Source: Macrostomum lignano (Eukaryota). Taken from it: 64,000 nucleotides of DNA. The DNA lies in assembly GCA_002269645.1 (NCBI GenBank), contig NIVC01000521.1, forward strand, positions 310,001 through 374,000, in the 5' to 3' direction. The translations under genes and the position numbers were made by a program. The notes under the pieces are model-generated. The model had not been told where the DNA came from, did no database searches, and worked only from the letters and a program-made list of their open reading frames with translations. Positions 1-13,048 of this stretch are shown in pieces; the stretch's first letter is position 1; each line of letters starts with the position of its first letter.

Positions 1-1794
1 AAATAAGAAATTTTGCGCACCGATTTTTCTGCATTTTCAATATTGTTTAGTCGAATAGCTAAAGTTTCACCGGTCATACGCCAATATGGCTGGAAAATTC
101 GTATTTTTGAGCAAACTGCATCTGATTTTTAAAAATGCAATTTTTCGGCCAATTTTTTGTACATGTTTTTCAACCTTGCCCGTACTGCAGCGAAAAGGAT
201 GCGCAATAGCGCGGCTTTTGAGCTGCTGCCTAATGTCAACAACACCTGGGGCTTTTAGATGCGCTATAATTTTTTGGGCTAAAATGTACTTTTGACATGG
301 CTGCCTATCTGCACTTTAAAAGTACAAACCGTTTGTGCACTTTAAAGAGGCTTATCCTATACAGATGCAAATCTTGATTTTTTCAATTTTTCAACCCAAA
401 TCACTCAAATGGATGTCTTTTATTCGGAAATGCTGAGATCTGCTTGATTGGGCCATTCATTGCTGCTCTATATGGCTACAAGGGTCAAAAAGAGTGTTTT
501 TGAAAATTTAGGTCACGTTTTCAAAAAGTAGTCTCCAAAAATAAGAAAGTGTTTTAAGCTACGGTGTTGAGATTTTAACAAAACGTGTCAAACATATGGA
601 AATTTGTTTTCCTAAATTTTCTAAGCATTTGGACCTACCGGTGCGGAGCAGTGACCCGGAAACCGGGGAAAAAAGAGGCCAGGGGACTCGACCAAAAAAG
701 CATATGTTGTTAAAGAAAAATTTTTATTACTGGGCGAATTTTTTCGAGTGTGGTGTCAAATTGTAGCCCATCGGATGCCCGTTCGAATGGCGCAAGACAC
801 TCTGGAAAAAATACCTGTTAACAGGTACTTTTTACCTGTTAAGTGAAAAACGGCCCATTTGGGGTACAAACTTTGAAGTCGAAAAATAAGAAATTTTGCG
901 CACCGATTTTTCTGCATTTTCAATATTGTTTAGTCGAATAGCTGAAGTTTCACCGGTCATACGCCAATATGGCTGGAAAATTCGTATTTTTGAGAAAATT
1001 GGCTCCGAATTTTGAGTAGGCCATTTTTGGGCAAATTTTGAGCACACTTTTGCTAATAACTCTGCATTGGCGAGACCTAGAGACTCAAGTTTGGTGTCTA
1101 AAAACAGCATTATGGATGCACTATGCAACTAAATAAGTTTTGAAAACTGATTCTTAGGTTAACAGGTCTTAATACCTGTTTGAATACCTGTCAGAACAGG
1201 TGAAAATTCATATTGTGGCGCCTAGCAGCCGAAAAAATTTGTTGACATAGTTTGAAAATGCATTGGATGAATGCGCCTTGATGTTATCTCTGTAACGACA
1301 TGCGACTCGTATTTTTAGGTTAAGGCGTTGCGATGCAGCGAGCAGAAATGTATGAAAAAGCAGCAAAAATCGTATAAGTGGCTACCATACATACGGAATA
1401 TTCGATATAAAGGGCGTGCACTGTAGAGCTTCGCTTAAGCGAGAGATGGATCGGGGGCGAAGGCAGTTGCTTTGTAAACTTCATGTACCCGGGTTCGAAT
1501 CTCAAGTGGGTCAGGTTTTTTTTATATTTAATTTTTATAGCAGAAACGGATTTATTAATATTTTTAATTCTCTTTCACTTGAATATAATTTAATATTAAT
1601 TGTTTAATTTTCCTTTCCTTGTATACCTTATTAAAGAGTAAGAGTGAAGCTGAAAGTGCGGCACAGATGATTTGTTAGTGCAGAAAGAATATTACGATAC
1701 ATATCGGCAAGTATGTGTTGCGTGGTCGCCAGAAGGCTTACAAGCAGTTTTAGCGTGCTAAAAAGATGTGTTAGAGGTGGGAAAAGTTGCGGAG

Positions 1795-2510
1795 GGGTTA
1801 GGTGGGGGAGCGGGGGTGTGGGGGCGGCAGCCCCCACGTTTCGCAAACCCCCCAACAACAACCACCCTCCCCAACAACAACGCGCGGGAGGGGTGGGGGA
1901 GCGGGGGTGTGGGGGCGGCAGCCCCCACGTTACGCAAACCCCACAACAACAACCACCCTCCCCAACAACAACGCGCGGGAGGGGTGGGGGAGCGGGGGTG
2001 TGGGGGCGGCAGCCCCCACGTTACGCAAACCCCACAACAACAACCACCCTCCCCAACAACAACGCGCGGGAGGGGTGGGGGAGCGGGGTGTGGGGCGGCA
2101 GCCCCCACGTTACGCAAACCCCACAACAACAACCACCCTCCCCAACAACAACGCGCGGGAGGGGTGGGGGAGCGGGGGTGTGGGGGCGGCAGCCCCCACG
2201 TTACGCAAACCCCACAACAACAACCACCCTCCCCAACAACAACGCGCGGGAGGGGTGGGGGAGCGGGGGTGTGTGGGCGGCAGCCCCCACGTTACGCAAA
2301 CCCCACAACAACAACCACCCTCCCCAACAACAACGCGCGGGAGGGGTGGGGGAGCGGGGGTGTGGGGGCGGCAGCCCCCACGTTACGCAAACCCCACAAC
2401 AACAACCACCCTCCCCAACAACAACGCGCGGGAGGGGTGGGGAGCGGGGGTGTGGGGCGCCAGCCCCCACGTTACGCAAACCCCACAACAACAACCACCC
2501 CCCCAACAAC
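1795..2510 (+). repeat. ~90-bp GC-rich tandem repeat (8 copies); also ~21290-21410 (1 copy) and ~26940-27248 (3 copies)
   Basis: Unit GGGAGGGGTGGGGGAGCGGGGGTGTGGGGGCGGCAGCCCCCACGTTACGCAAACCCCACAACAACAACCACCCTCCCCAACAACAACGCGC, period 89-91. Confidence 0.95.
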
Positions 2511-2804
2511 AACAACAACCCCAACAACAACAAAAACCCCAACAACAACAACCCCTTTTACAACCAACAAACAACAACAACCGCCTTAACAACCCTTTCC
2601 ACACAACAGCAGAGTGGATATTCTGCAGGACATGGATACTCTTGGATAAGTTGCTAGCTAATTGGCCCTCTACAATTTACACCAATTTGGCTTTTGACCC
2701 TTTTGACCCTCTACCAATTTGACCCTCTACAATTTGGCTTTTACGTCCTGTACATACTCTAGTGGTCAATTATAAACTTTGTTAAAATTAAAATAAAAAA
2801 TGTA

Positions 2805-3610
2805 GGACACTTTTGGGCAAATTTTGAGCATAGTTTTGCTAATAACTCTGCATTGGCGAGACCTAGAGACTGAAGTTTGGTGTCTAAAGATAGCACTATG
2901 GATGCACTATGCAAATAAATCAGTTTTGAATATTGATTCGTGGGTTAAAAGGTGGTAATACCTGTTTGATTACCTGTCTGAACAGGTGAAAATGCATAAT
3001 TTGGTGCCTAGGACACGTAAAATTTGTTTACATAGTTTGAAAATGCATTAGATAGATGCGCCTTGATGTTATCTCTGTAACGACATGCGATTCACCTTTT
3101 TAGGTGAAGGCGCTGCGATACAGTGAGCAGAAATGTATGAAAAAGCAGCAAAAATCGTATAAGTGGCTACTATAAGGGAATAATCGATATAAAATGTGTA
3201 CCCTGTCGACCATCGAATTAAGCGAGAGCTGGCGCGGTGGCAAAGTCAGTTGCTACCGAAAAGCATGAACACAGGTTCGAATCATACCAGAGCCAAGTTT
3301 TTTTATTTCAATTTTTTTAGCGGCAACGGATTTTTAATATTTTTAATTATCATTCACGTTATAATAGAATTTAATATTATTTTTTATCTTCTTTTTCTTT
3401 TATAACTTACTTTAGAATAAGAGTAAAGCTGAAGGTGCGGCATAGGCCGCATAGATGATTTGTTAGTGCAGACAATATATTACGATACATATCGGACAGT
3501 ATGTTTGCAGAAGGCTTGCAAGCAATGTTGGCATGCTACAAAGATGGGCTTAGGGGTTGGGAAATGTTTCAGATGGGTGGGGTGAGAGAAGCGGGGGTGT
3601 GGGGGCGCCG
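2805..3610 (+). repeat. Diverged second copy of the element 5'-arm block (~1020-1830)
   Basis: Colinear similarity, e.g. TTTTGGGCAAATTTTGAGCA..GCTAATAACTCTGCATTGGCGAGACCTAGAGACT, and the same tRNA-like B-box cassette. Confidence 0.85.
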
Positions 3611-5350
3611 AGTCTTTGATTTGGAATTTTGATTTGATGAAATGGTATTGAGTATACATGTGGAAATTAGCACCCCTTTGACAACCCCTACTACCCAACA
3701 AAGTGGACACTTTTCAACAATTGGCTAATTGACCCTAAATAACTTTACACCATGTTTTACTTTACGTTCTGATAATACTATACTGTACAGTAGTTTACCT
3801 GGAGGGGTAGATACAATTGCCCAGGAATGTTAATCTTTTTATAAATAGGAAATTTTGCGGAACGTATTTAATATGTAAAAATATTTGTCAATAACATAGA
3901 TATATATAAATATTTAAACATCAAATACGAATCTAAATTTTATGTTAGAAAATAAAAATGTTCAACAGTTTGTGTAGACTTTGTTTAACTGATAGAAAAA
4001 TGGCTGCCAAATTCAAGAGTTAAGCACCACGCAATCCCGAATTAAACGACGAATGAAAAGAAACTAACCTTTCTTCTTCAAGCATTGAAATACCCAAAAT
4101 ATCTATAATTTGCTATTACATTTCACATTTGCATTGCAAAATCAACATTTTCATTGTATTGTTTGTATTATTGATACCTGCTTCGTTCCCTCTGCATATA
4201 TTACTTACTTTTAGAATTTAGTTGTCTGTTACTTGCAGTTCTATTTGTAGTTGTAGTAAACGCAGGCTTTTAATTTAATAAATAGTTAGTGTCATTTCTT
4301 AAGTACTGCCTATTTTATTGGTAGTCTGTAGCTACAGCCTATTTATCATATTTTAGTAATTTTATTGCTACTGATATAGTCTAAATCTTAATTAACTTTT
4401 GCCTATTGTACCCCACATTTTTACTATAAAATTGCTTAGCTTAGGGCTTATTATATAGCTTTTTCTTGCAGTTATAGTATTCATTATTTAAATACTCCCA
4501 CTTTCTATTGTATTCCTTTGTACTAATATTTTGCTTTTTTAAAGCTTCTTTTATAGGATTTTTTTTGTCAACTACTAAAGTAAGTTTCATATTAAATGTA
4601 ATTATATATTATTGTTTTGTACTTTTTAGTATGTTGCTTCGTAGTGAAACTAACAAAAAATATATTAATGAATGTGTTTTTCATATTAAATATTAAATGG
4701 AGTATTTCTAAACATGGTGGCTGTGCCTATAATATTTGAGCTTGTTGGCATAACAATATTTATCAATACAGAAGGTGTGTTATGTAGGACTCTCTCAAAA
4801 GCAAATGGTGGCTTAGTGGATATGTCAATTACTGTATGATTGCCTATAGCATGGGTTTGATTGCCTAGTGGTCATGGTTATTTTTAAGTTGAAAAAATTT
4901 TTAGCAAATGGAAACTTTTTATCTTGAATTTTTTCAGTTTTTATTATTTTAAATTAAAATAAAATAATGAATCAAATTTTTAACTTGAATTAATTTTTTT
5001 AATAAAAGTAACACTTAATTGTAAAGTATGGCTAATGTATATCAAAAAATATTTTTTCCAATAGATACTACATATATAATTGTGTCTGCAGTTTAAGATT
5101 TTGTAAACACTTAAAAATTTAATTTAAATTGTAAAAAATCATCTCAAAAACCCAGACTTTTCAATCAATCATTTTTTTCATTTGATTGATGATTATATAT
5201 ATGGCGGCCATGTCAAAGCTTCAATATTAGAGATGTGGCCACCCACTGCGCCTCTATGCGTGAACCAATTCACTATTAGAGACATGGTTGATTAGTATAT
5301 GCCATATGCTATCTACAGTATATGTATTTTTATAATATAATATGGCTTAC

Positions 5351-5624
5351 TATATATATACTCAGCAACATTGAAAAGTTGCTACTCTATGTGCCAGTGA
5401 GCAATTTCTCTTGAACTATTCTGAAATGAAAGATACAAGAAAACTGATCAGGGTAGCTTTAATCTGTCTAACCCTCGCACATGGCTCCCCTCCACTTCAT
5501 TCCTCAACTCAAGGCTGCCATGGTATTGCTGAGTTGAAAGACTTTACTTGCACTCTCAAAAGTGGTGACCACAGATGGAATCTTCTGTGATGGCAACTTT
5601 TCAATGTTGCTGAGTATATATATA
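5351..5624. mobile_element. Small MITE-like inverted-repeat element embedded in (TA)n
   Basis: Perfect 22-bp IR CTCAGCAACATTGAAAAGTTGC (5361-5382) / GCAACTTTTCAATGTTGCTGAG (5593-5614), each flanked by (TA)5. Confidence 0.7.
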
Positions 5625-6516
5625 GGATATATAGCTTTTATGCACACAATTCTGAGCTTATATGAATGGCTGCTATGCATGCAAGCTTTCCATAAATATT
5701 AAAGATCTTTTATAGCTATAACTACTTTATGAAGTTTCAAAATCATATATTTATTTCTGATAAAAAAATGATAAAAAAATAATTAATTGGTATCTCTAAG
5801 ACTACATATGCCTATATACAGTTTTTTTGAATATTTAATCACTTTAGCAATAAGCTAGAGCTCATTAAAATAGCCTAAAGCCATCCTTGGAAAATTTGCA
5901 CTTCTCCCATATAAGTCTAGGCATACTATATAAATTGTTTCTTGATAGCCTGTCTATAAAATTAATTATGAAAATAGATTATAGAATATTTACTAACAAA
6001 ACAAATGTCAAAATGGGTATATACCTTGTAAATACATACAGAAACAAATGCTGGCCAAACTAGCTAATTTAGCCATTGTAAATTGTAGTATACCAAGGAT
6101 AAATTTCAAAATGAATTTTAGCAAAAAACAAAAAAGTCAAAAAGTAAGAAAGGTACTGGTAAAAGCAAAATAAAAGATAAAAATGGCATTAAAAATTCTA
6201 GAAATTTATAAGCTATTTACTACTAAAGTCTTGTTTAGTGTGGCATCATTTTATCAAATGAAACATATTAGTAAGCATATATAGGCCCAAGCATAAACCT
6301 TATATGTGCTTGATAAACAAAGGATTATTGCACCTAATATGCAAAGAATTTATAGACTCCACGCAGCTTGGAGTTTATCAAACATGGGTAAACTGCTACT
6401 ATTGCTGATGTTAGCATTCCCTTCTCAGTCGGTGAGGTTAGAATTGATGGAGAAGTGTTTCCCAAGTCTCCTCAGCCTGCTGGCTGCAACTGCTTAGTCT
6501 ATCCAGGCAGTCAGTC

Positions 6517-6684
6517 AGTTGGCCAAATTTGGCTAAATCCACATAGTCGTCAGATAGTTTTGCCAAATTTGCCATTAGTTTGGCCAAATTTGGCTAAATC
6601 CACATAGTTGTCAGATAGTTTTGCCAAATTTGCCATTAGTTTGGCCAAATTTGGCTAAATCCACATAGTTGTCAAATAGTTTTG
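6517..6684 (+). repeat. 61-bp tandem repeat, ~2.7 copies
   Basis: ACATAGT recurs at 6541, 6602, 6663; unit contains palindrome GCCAAATTTGGC. Confidence 0.9.
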
Positions 6685-7878
6685 TTGTGTGCAGATCTCT
6701 GTTAGTGCACAACAATGTGTGCCTGCCTACCCAACCCATTGGGTCAACAATAGCAAATTTGCCAGCAACATCATTGACTTTTGCACCTTATAGTTAACAA
6801 AAAGAACTTTAAAAAGTCCAATTAGGGAATCAGTGCCCTAAGTCACCGAGCTGGTCTCTGACCTCAGTGCCAAATCAAGGAATCAGTGACCCAAGTCACT
6901 GAGCCGGTCTCTGAGCTCGGTTTCAATGATAACCTTAGAGAACAACTTACAGAAGCAGTGACAATTTAGGTCATTCATTCAAACTACTGGGCTAAAAAAC
7001 TCGGCTATATTTTGCAATCATATGGAATTTTGCATTTGATCTGAAAATTTTAAACTGAGTTTGAATACTCATAAATAAAGCATTTACAGAAATGCAATTA
7101 GCTTGTATTTAGTTTTTTAAAAACAAAGAACCAAACAGATTGTTCGGGTTCTTCTCGATAGCCACAGTCACGTGCATTCTCATTGAGCCTTGGTGAAGTA
7201 GCACCTCGGCAGCCTCTCTATGATCTCGACAGCCAAGTTGTACAAGTCCATGTCAAAGCTGGAGCTCTGCTAGTCAGAGAATGGCTATATTTAGTACATT
7301 ACTAAAACTTTTAGAGCTACAATTTAGCTGATATTCGGTCTTCTCTTTGCTTTAGCTTTATTTAAAATTTTAGCTTTCCCTTACTAATATAGTGTAGTTT
7401 TCAGAAAATTTTATATTCTTTAAAACAAAAAGCTGCACAAGTTTGCAAGCATAGGGCCTATGAATATTTTATTTTTTTATACACAAAATGCTTTTTATAC
7501 AAAAAATTGTCTTTGAGTATTATAACCTAATATTAGCTTAATTTTTATACCAAAGAGCTTGCTTGCACAATAGCCATGCACATATACCTATTATTGAATT
7601 GCATGCATGGCACAGCAGCTAACAATTGATTTAATCAATATTAATCAATTGAGAATTGGGGTCCTTAAATCAATGCATTGGTATTGGCAAACCTAATTAA
7701 AAATTATTGTTATTAGATTGTTTTATAATGTTATATCGCACATAAAGAATAAAACTAAAATTATAACTATTATTATAAATATAAACCTACAATAGGTGTA
7801 ATCTGGGCTAATTCCATTAATGGGACATTGGCGTAGAATAACTAGTAGAAAGAAGTAGAAAGATAGGCATAGATAAAC

Positions 7879-7911
<33 letters not shown>

Positions 7912-8100
7912 GGCGTACTTAAAAGTCAAAGCCCTTAGCTAAAAGTTGGTCATAAAGCCTACCAGGCTACCAGTTGTAAGACCTACCAGGTCCAGGCCTA
8001 ATATTGGAGATAGACTAGAGATTAGAGCCAATGAATAAAGAATTAAAGCATTAACAAAAATGCAATAGTTAAGTTTCAAAACACAAGTAAATGAGTTCTT

Positions 8101-8131
<31 letters not shown>

Positions 8132-8484
8132 GTTTTAAATATTTAAGAAATATGATTTGTAAATAGACAAACAATTAAACTCTTTGTGTCTAACTTTGTG
8201 CACTACTTGAGCATCAGGAAGCTAATAGTATAATAACCATCCTTTCCTTATATGCCAAGTTGTTTTGTTTAGTGTAACAATTTTGCAAAGACTGCATTTC
8301 TACCAATTCCATATATCACCAGAACCCTTATGTTTGAGATCTTGATAGAAGCTAACATAAGTCAGGTGCAAATCTCATTTATACTTAAGTTTCAGAACAG
8401 AAAAGCAAATGAGTAGTACAGATTAAAATCTCATTTAATCTTGATGTATTAACACTTTAACACTTTCAACAATTATTAAGGAGT

Positions 8485-9102
8485 ATGCCGCCGAAAGGAC
8501 CTGGAAGGAAGCCTAAACGCGCTACCTACGGGCGTCCATTCGAGTCTAAAACGAAGCCGCCAGCCGCCGCTATTGATTGCAAGACAGGCGAACCTGCTGC
8601 TGCTGCTGCTGCTGCTACTGCTATTGAGCCTGAATCAAGCACACCTGGTGTCGCTACTGTTGTATCGGAAGTTACGAATTTCGCAGTTGCTGCTGCTGCT
8701 TCTGGTGGTTCTGACAATGTTGTTGCTGCTGAAGATGCGACTGTAGACTATGAATTGCGCAATGCTGCTGCTGCTTTGAAGGAGAGTGGATTGTGTGACG
8801 AAACTCGTGGTAAGCTTGTGTTACTCCTTGCCATTGCCAACTTTCACATACGAATAGATTGTAACGGAACTGGAATAGTTGGATTCAGATGTCATGAAAG
8901 TTGGATGATAAAGTTTAGAATGCTGTTTTAATGTATATGCTTGAATTATAAGCCTATAACTTAGTATTATACTCACCCTAATGTGCTTCAGACTGCCCAA
9001 TTGCTGTTGTCGTGTCTACTACTGATGAATTAGCAGGACAACAAGCTGAATTGGACGAAGCTGCTGCTGCACTCAGAGAAGCAGGTTTTGGCCACACTGA
9101 CG
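8485..9102 (+). CDS. Predicted 5' exons of the RepHel gene (8485-8809, 8992-9102), Ala-rich/basic N-terminus
   Basis: ATG 8485 (MPPKGPGRKPKRATYGRP). GTAAGC donors at 8810 and 9103; AG acceptors at 8990-8991 and 9597-9598. All junctions are phase 1 and splice in frame into the long ORF at 9599. Repeated motif ELRNAAAALKESGL / ELDEAAAALREAGF. Possible 12-nt microexon 9535-9546 (third GTAAGC donor at 9547). Confidence 0.65.
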
Positions 9103-9598
9103 GTAAGCCCTGCCTTAGTTTAGTGTCTATTTTGGGTGGCATAGTTTTTTAAATCAAGATTTTGAAATTTAATATAATTAATGCTAATATAGAATCTACA
9201 AGTATTAAGATTGGAATGTTTGGCCATATCTCAGATTTCTCAATGGAGACATTCCACAACTGTTAATTTGTATTTCGTCAATGTAGCATTTTAGAGAAAA
9301 GCGATTTTGAAAAGTCATGGTTCGAGCAAGGAATATTCTTTCATCAATATTTAAAGCGCCATTATCGAACGAGTCTCGTTAGAGTATTTTTTGCTGGTTG
9401 GGTGGGTTTTTATGGAAAATTAAAATTAATAGTTTCAGTTTTGGAAGTGGGGTTTTCGGTAGTCACTTAAGTCACTGCAGCTATAAGTTGTTTGAGGGTT
9501 GTAAAGCACTAGCACTATAGTTCTGTAAAAGCAGACAGACCAAGTGGTAAGCTGATCCAATTTTTGTTACAAAAAGTGCATGTCTTTTAACTTCAAAG

Positions 9599-12500
9599 GT
9601 GTCGCGACTCTGGAAGACGACACAGAGGACCGAGTGAGTCTGGCGAGGCTACAAGTTGGCCGTGCCCCACAATGGGTGCCCTTGTCTGCCTGCTGGTTGA
9701 AGCGCATCGCAGGTGATGGAAACTGCTTCTTTTCGGCTCTGTCGGATCAATTGCAAGGCACAGCTTTGGAAATGAACGCAGATAATCTTCGACAAGCGCT
9801 GGCAATTCAGCTAGAGAATTGGATCGACAGTGCGGAGAACGACACTGGCATTTCCGAAGCAGAGTGGCGCGATTTGTTGGAAAAGACCAAACGAAAAGGC
9901 GAATATGTTTCTGACCACGTGGCTTCAGCAGCAGCTAGACTGCTTGGCATTGAGATCTATGTGTACCAGAACATGGACGCTGGTTCTAATCTCGACGGCA
10001 TTTATCTAGGCCCAGTCGGTGTGGAACCGCGAGCGACAGTTCGATTGCATTTTAATCGGCAAGCTGAGCATTACCAGTCGGTACATGTGCGCCAATCGTC
10101 TCGTCTAGCCGCTGAGGATGATGGTGCAGCCATGATGATGCCGCCGCCGCCGCCGCCGCCGCCTCCTGCGATTCCGATGCAGAGTGTTGCTCAGAAAGTG
10201 CAAGAATGGAAAGAAGTGAAATGTAACCGACGAGCATGCAGGAGGGTTCTAGGTGCGGCTGCGACTGATGTGGACAACAAGTTTAGCATTAGAGTCGACG
10301 AGAATCGGTTCAATGTACTATGGAATGTCGACCTAGATGCGGACGAGGAGGAGCCAACTCTTTCTGTGTGTAGCGGCGATGATTCAACCAGCAAGGTTTC
10401 GTCGAATGTTTCGCGGCGGAGTCGTCGAAATCGAAGTGTTCCCAGCTGTCCTTCGCGACGTAGCAGTCGTTTAAGCGCGAAAGCGTGCAACAGCAGCAAT
10501 GCGTCTGTATTGTCGTCAGCAGAAGCATCTGACAGTTGCGCTTCAAGTGTAGTTCGACGCCGAAAGCGAATTGTCAAGCCTGGCAGTCCAACGCGTCGAA
10601 GCGAGCGATTACTAGCCAAGAAAAGGCGCATAGAAGAAGGTGACGCTTCCTCAGTTAGTACATCAAATTTAAGCAGCATTGGAGAGGCTGCAGAGTCCGA
10701 TAAAATGAGCAATGTTTCGTCGAGTGTTTCGCGGCGGAGTCGTCGAAATGGAAGTGTTCCCAGTTGTCCCACGCGGCGTAGCAGTCGTCTAATCGCGAAA
10801 GCGTGCGGCAGCAGCAATGCGTCTGTATTGCCGTCAGAAGCATCTGAAAGTTGCGTTTCAAGTGCAGATCGACAGCAAAAGCGAGTTGTCAAGCCTGGCA
10901 GTCCAACGCGTCGAAGCGAGCGATTACTAGCCAACAAAAGGCGCATAGAAGAAGGTGACGCTTCTTCAGTTGGTAAATCGAATTTAAGCAGCATTGGAGC
11001 GGCTGCAGAGTCTGACAAAATGAGCTGCATTGCACGGGAGGAAGAAGTCGAGTTGGCAAGTGTAGTTTCAGAAGAGAGCAATAATAATCAGCGACCGACA
11101 AAGACCAAGACTCGACACAGAGAAGGACAAAATGTTCAAAGCGAGAGTCGAAGTTCACCAAGAAAAGAGGCCAGTAATGAGCAGTCCATACCTACAGATA
11201 CTGTTTTAGAAGCATCGCCAACAAAGCGCAGGCGCACTAAAGTGTACACCGTTGAAGAGAGTCGTTCTTCGCCTAGGAAAAAGGCGCACACTGAGCAACA
11301 GCAGCAGCAACGAGTTGAAATTGAGGCCGAAGAGCCGGAAATCGAGCACGTTGACCCTGAAGAAAATAATCCTGATGCTGAAGAGCAAGGCGCTAGCGAT
11401 ACCAGTTTGCCGCAATGTCTTCGCAATCCATTTACTAAACAGTACAAGAAGATGCGGAATGATTTTTTTCAAGAGTGTACTTCGAGGCTGAGTAATTTAA
11501 AGCGATGCTTGGTGTGCAAAGAAAGATTTCCGTCCGTTTATTTTCAACGGCAAAGTGATGCATCATGCCATCGATGTCTTCGAGATTCTGGAAAGCCGAA
11601 GCTGTTTAGTGACGAAAATAATGCCAATCCAATGTGTGAGCAGCCGGAAGAACTACGCGATTTGTCAGTTGCGGAGCAAATGTTGATTTCGCCGATATTG
11701 TCTGTTATTGTAGTCTATCGGTTGTTTCCGCAAGGCCAGCATGCTTCGAGAGGGCATGGAATCATGTTTCCGCAGGATCAGGCAAGCGTTGTGAGAGAAT
11801 TGCCGAGACGAACTCTACCTGTGGTGCTGATGTATGACAAAAAGCTGCAAAACAATCCTGGCAGTACAGTTACGGGAGCGATGAACAATCTGCGAGTGAG
11901 ACGCGACAAGGTGTTGAATGCAATCAGGTATCTGATTAATAATAATCAATATTTTCAACGATTTTCTGTCGGTATTGATCGCGAAGCGTTGAATTCGTTG
12001 CCAGAGAATGGATATGCGCAGCAAATCAATGAAATGGTTAATCAAATGGACACTCAAGATGTCAATGTTGATCTGGATGCGGCTGAAGAGGAAGCCAGGC
12101 AGCCAGATGAAGATGAGCAAAGGCAACAAATGGATGAAGCTCAGTTGGAAGAGACGACAAGCGCTTTGCTGAATACGCCATTGCGTCGTTTGGAAGTAAA
12201 GATTCGCGATCGTTTGCTAGAAGAGAAATTGCAATGGCCAAGATCGAGCCGAGTGCCGGTGAATGAATTCGAACAGGAGGGCTTGTTTAGTCTGGCCTAT
12301 CCTCACCTATTTCCTGACGGCAAAGGCGACTACAAGACTCCGCGAGTGCGTTCGATAGGCCTGGGCGACTATGCGAAGCACTTGATGCAGTTTCACTGCC
12401 CGAGATTTCGTTGCGATCCTCGCTTTCGCTTTTTCATTGAGAACATGGTGATGCGATGGAGAGCATTGGAAGTTGGACGAGTATTTGTGCACGACAAGAA

Positions 12501-13023
12501 TTTGGCTGGCTTAAGTGCGCCAGAGATGCTGGAGAAGCTGAAAGACCCAGCGGTGATGTCCAGCGTGTCAGCCAGAGCATCAGAGTTGCGTGGAACAGCC
12601 AGCTATTGGCAAAGCAAGCGTAGACAATTGGAAGCAATGATTAAAACAATTGGTTTGCCGCACTATTTTGTGACGTTATCCGCGGCGGATATTCAGTGGC
12701 CAGAGTTGTTGCAAGCTTGGCAAATCGAAGAAGACGTCGACAATGATAATTGGCAAGAAATCCGAGACGAGTTGCGTTCCAGACTGCAAAAGGATCCTGG
12801 CATGGCGGATACTGTGTTTTGGATTCGTTTTGAATTGTTTTTGCAAAGATTTTTTGTTGAGCACTGGAAAGTAAAGGACTTTTGGTTTCGTATCGAGTAT
12901 CAGAGTCGAGGAAGCCCGCATGTTCATGGCTGCGTTTGGATGCCGGACGGAGTGGATGTGACTTCGGAATCCTTGCAAGCAGAAGATTTGGTTGCCTTTG
13001 TGGACAAGTACATTTGCAGTTGA
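9599..13023 (+). CDS. RepHel protein part 1: OTU cysteine protease, basic/Ser-rich repeats, C2C2 zinc finger, Helitron N-terminal region and Rep motifs 1-2
   Basis: OTU: RIAGDGNCFFSALSDQL (Cys 9724-9726) and EHYQSV (His 10069-10071). CLVC..CHRC from 11506. WPRSSRVPVNEF..AYPHLFPDGKGD. Rep motif 1 FVTLSAADIQWPEL (~12667-12708); HUH motif EYQSRGSPHVH (12895-12927). Ends at TGA 13021-13023. Confidence 0.92.
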
Positions 13024-13048
13024 ACACGTGCATGGACGAATCAGATAG

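Noticed and set aside
1713-2722. Long overlapping ORFs (273-314 aa) in three frames
   Set aside because: Products of the stop-free 90-bp repeat; no unique protein content.
10191-11081. 296-aa minus-strand ORF
   Set aside because: Antisense shadow of the Ser/Arg-rich duplicated RepHel region.
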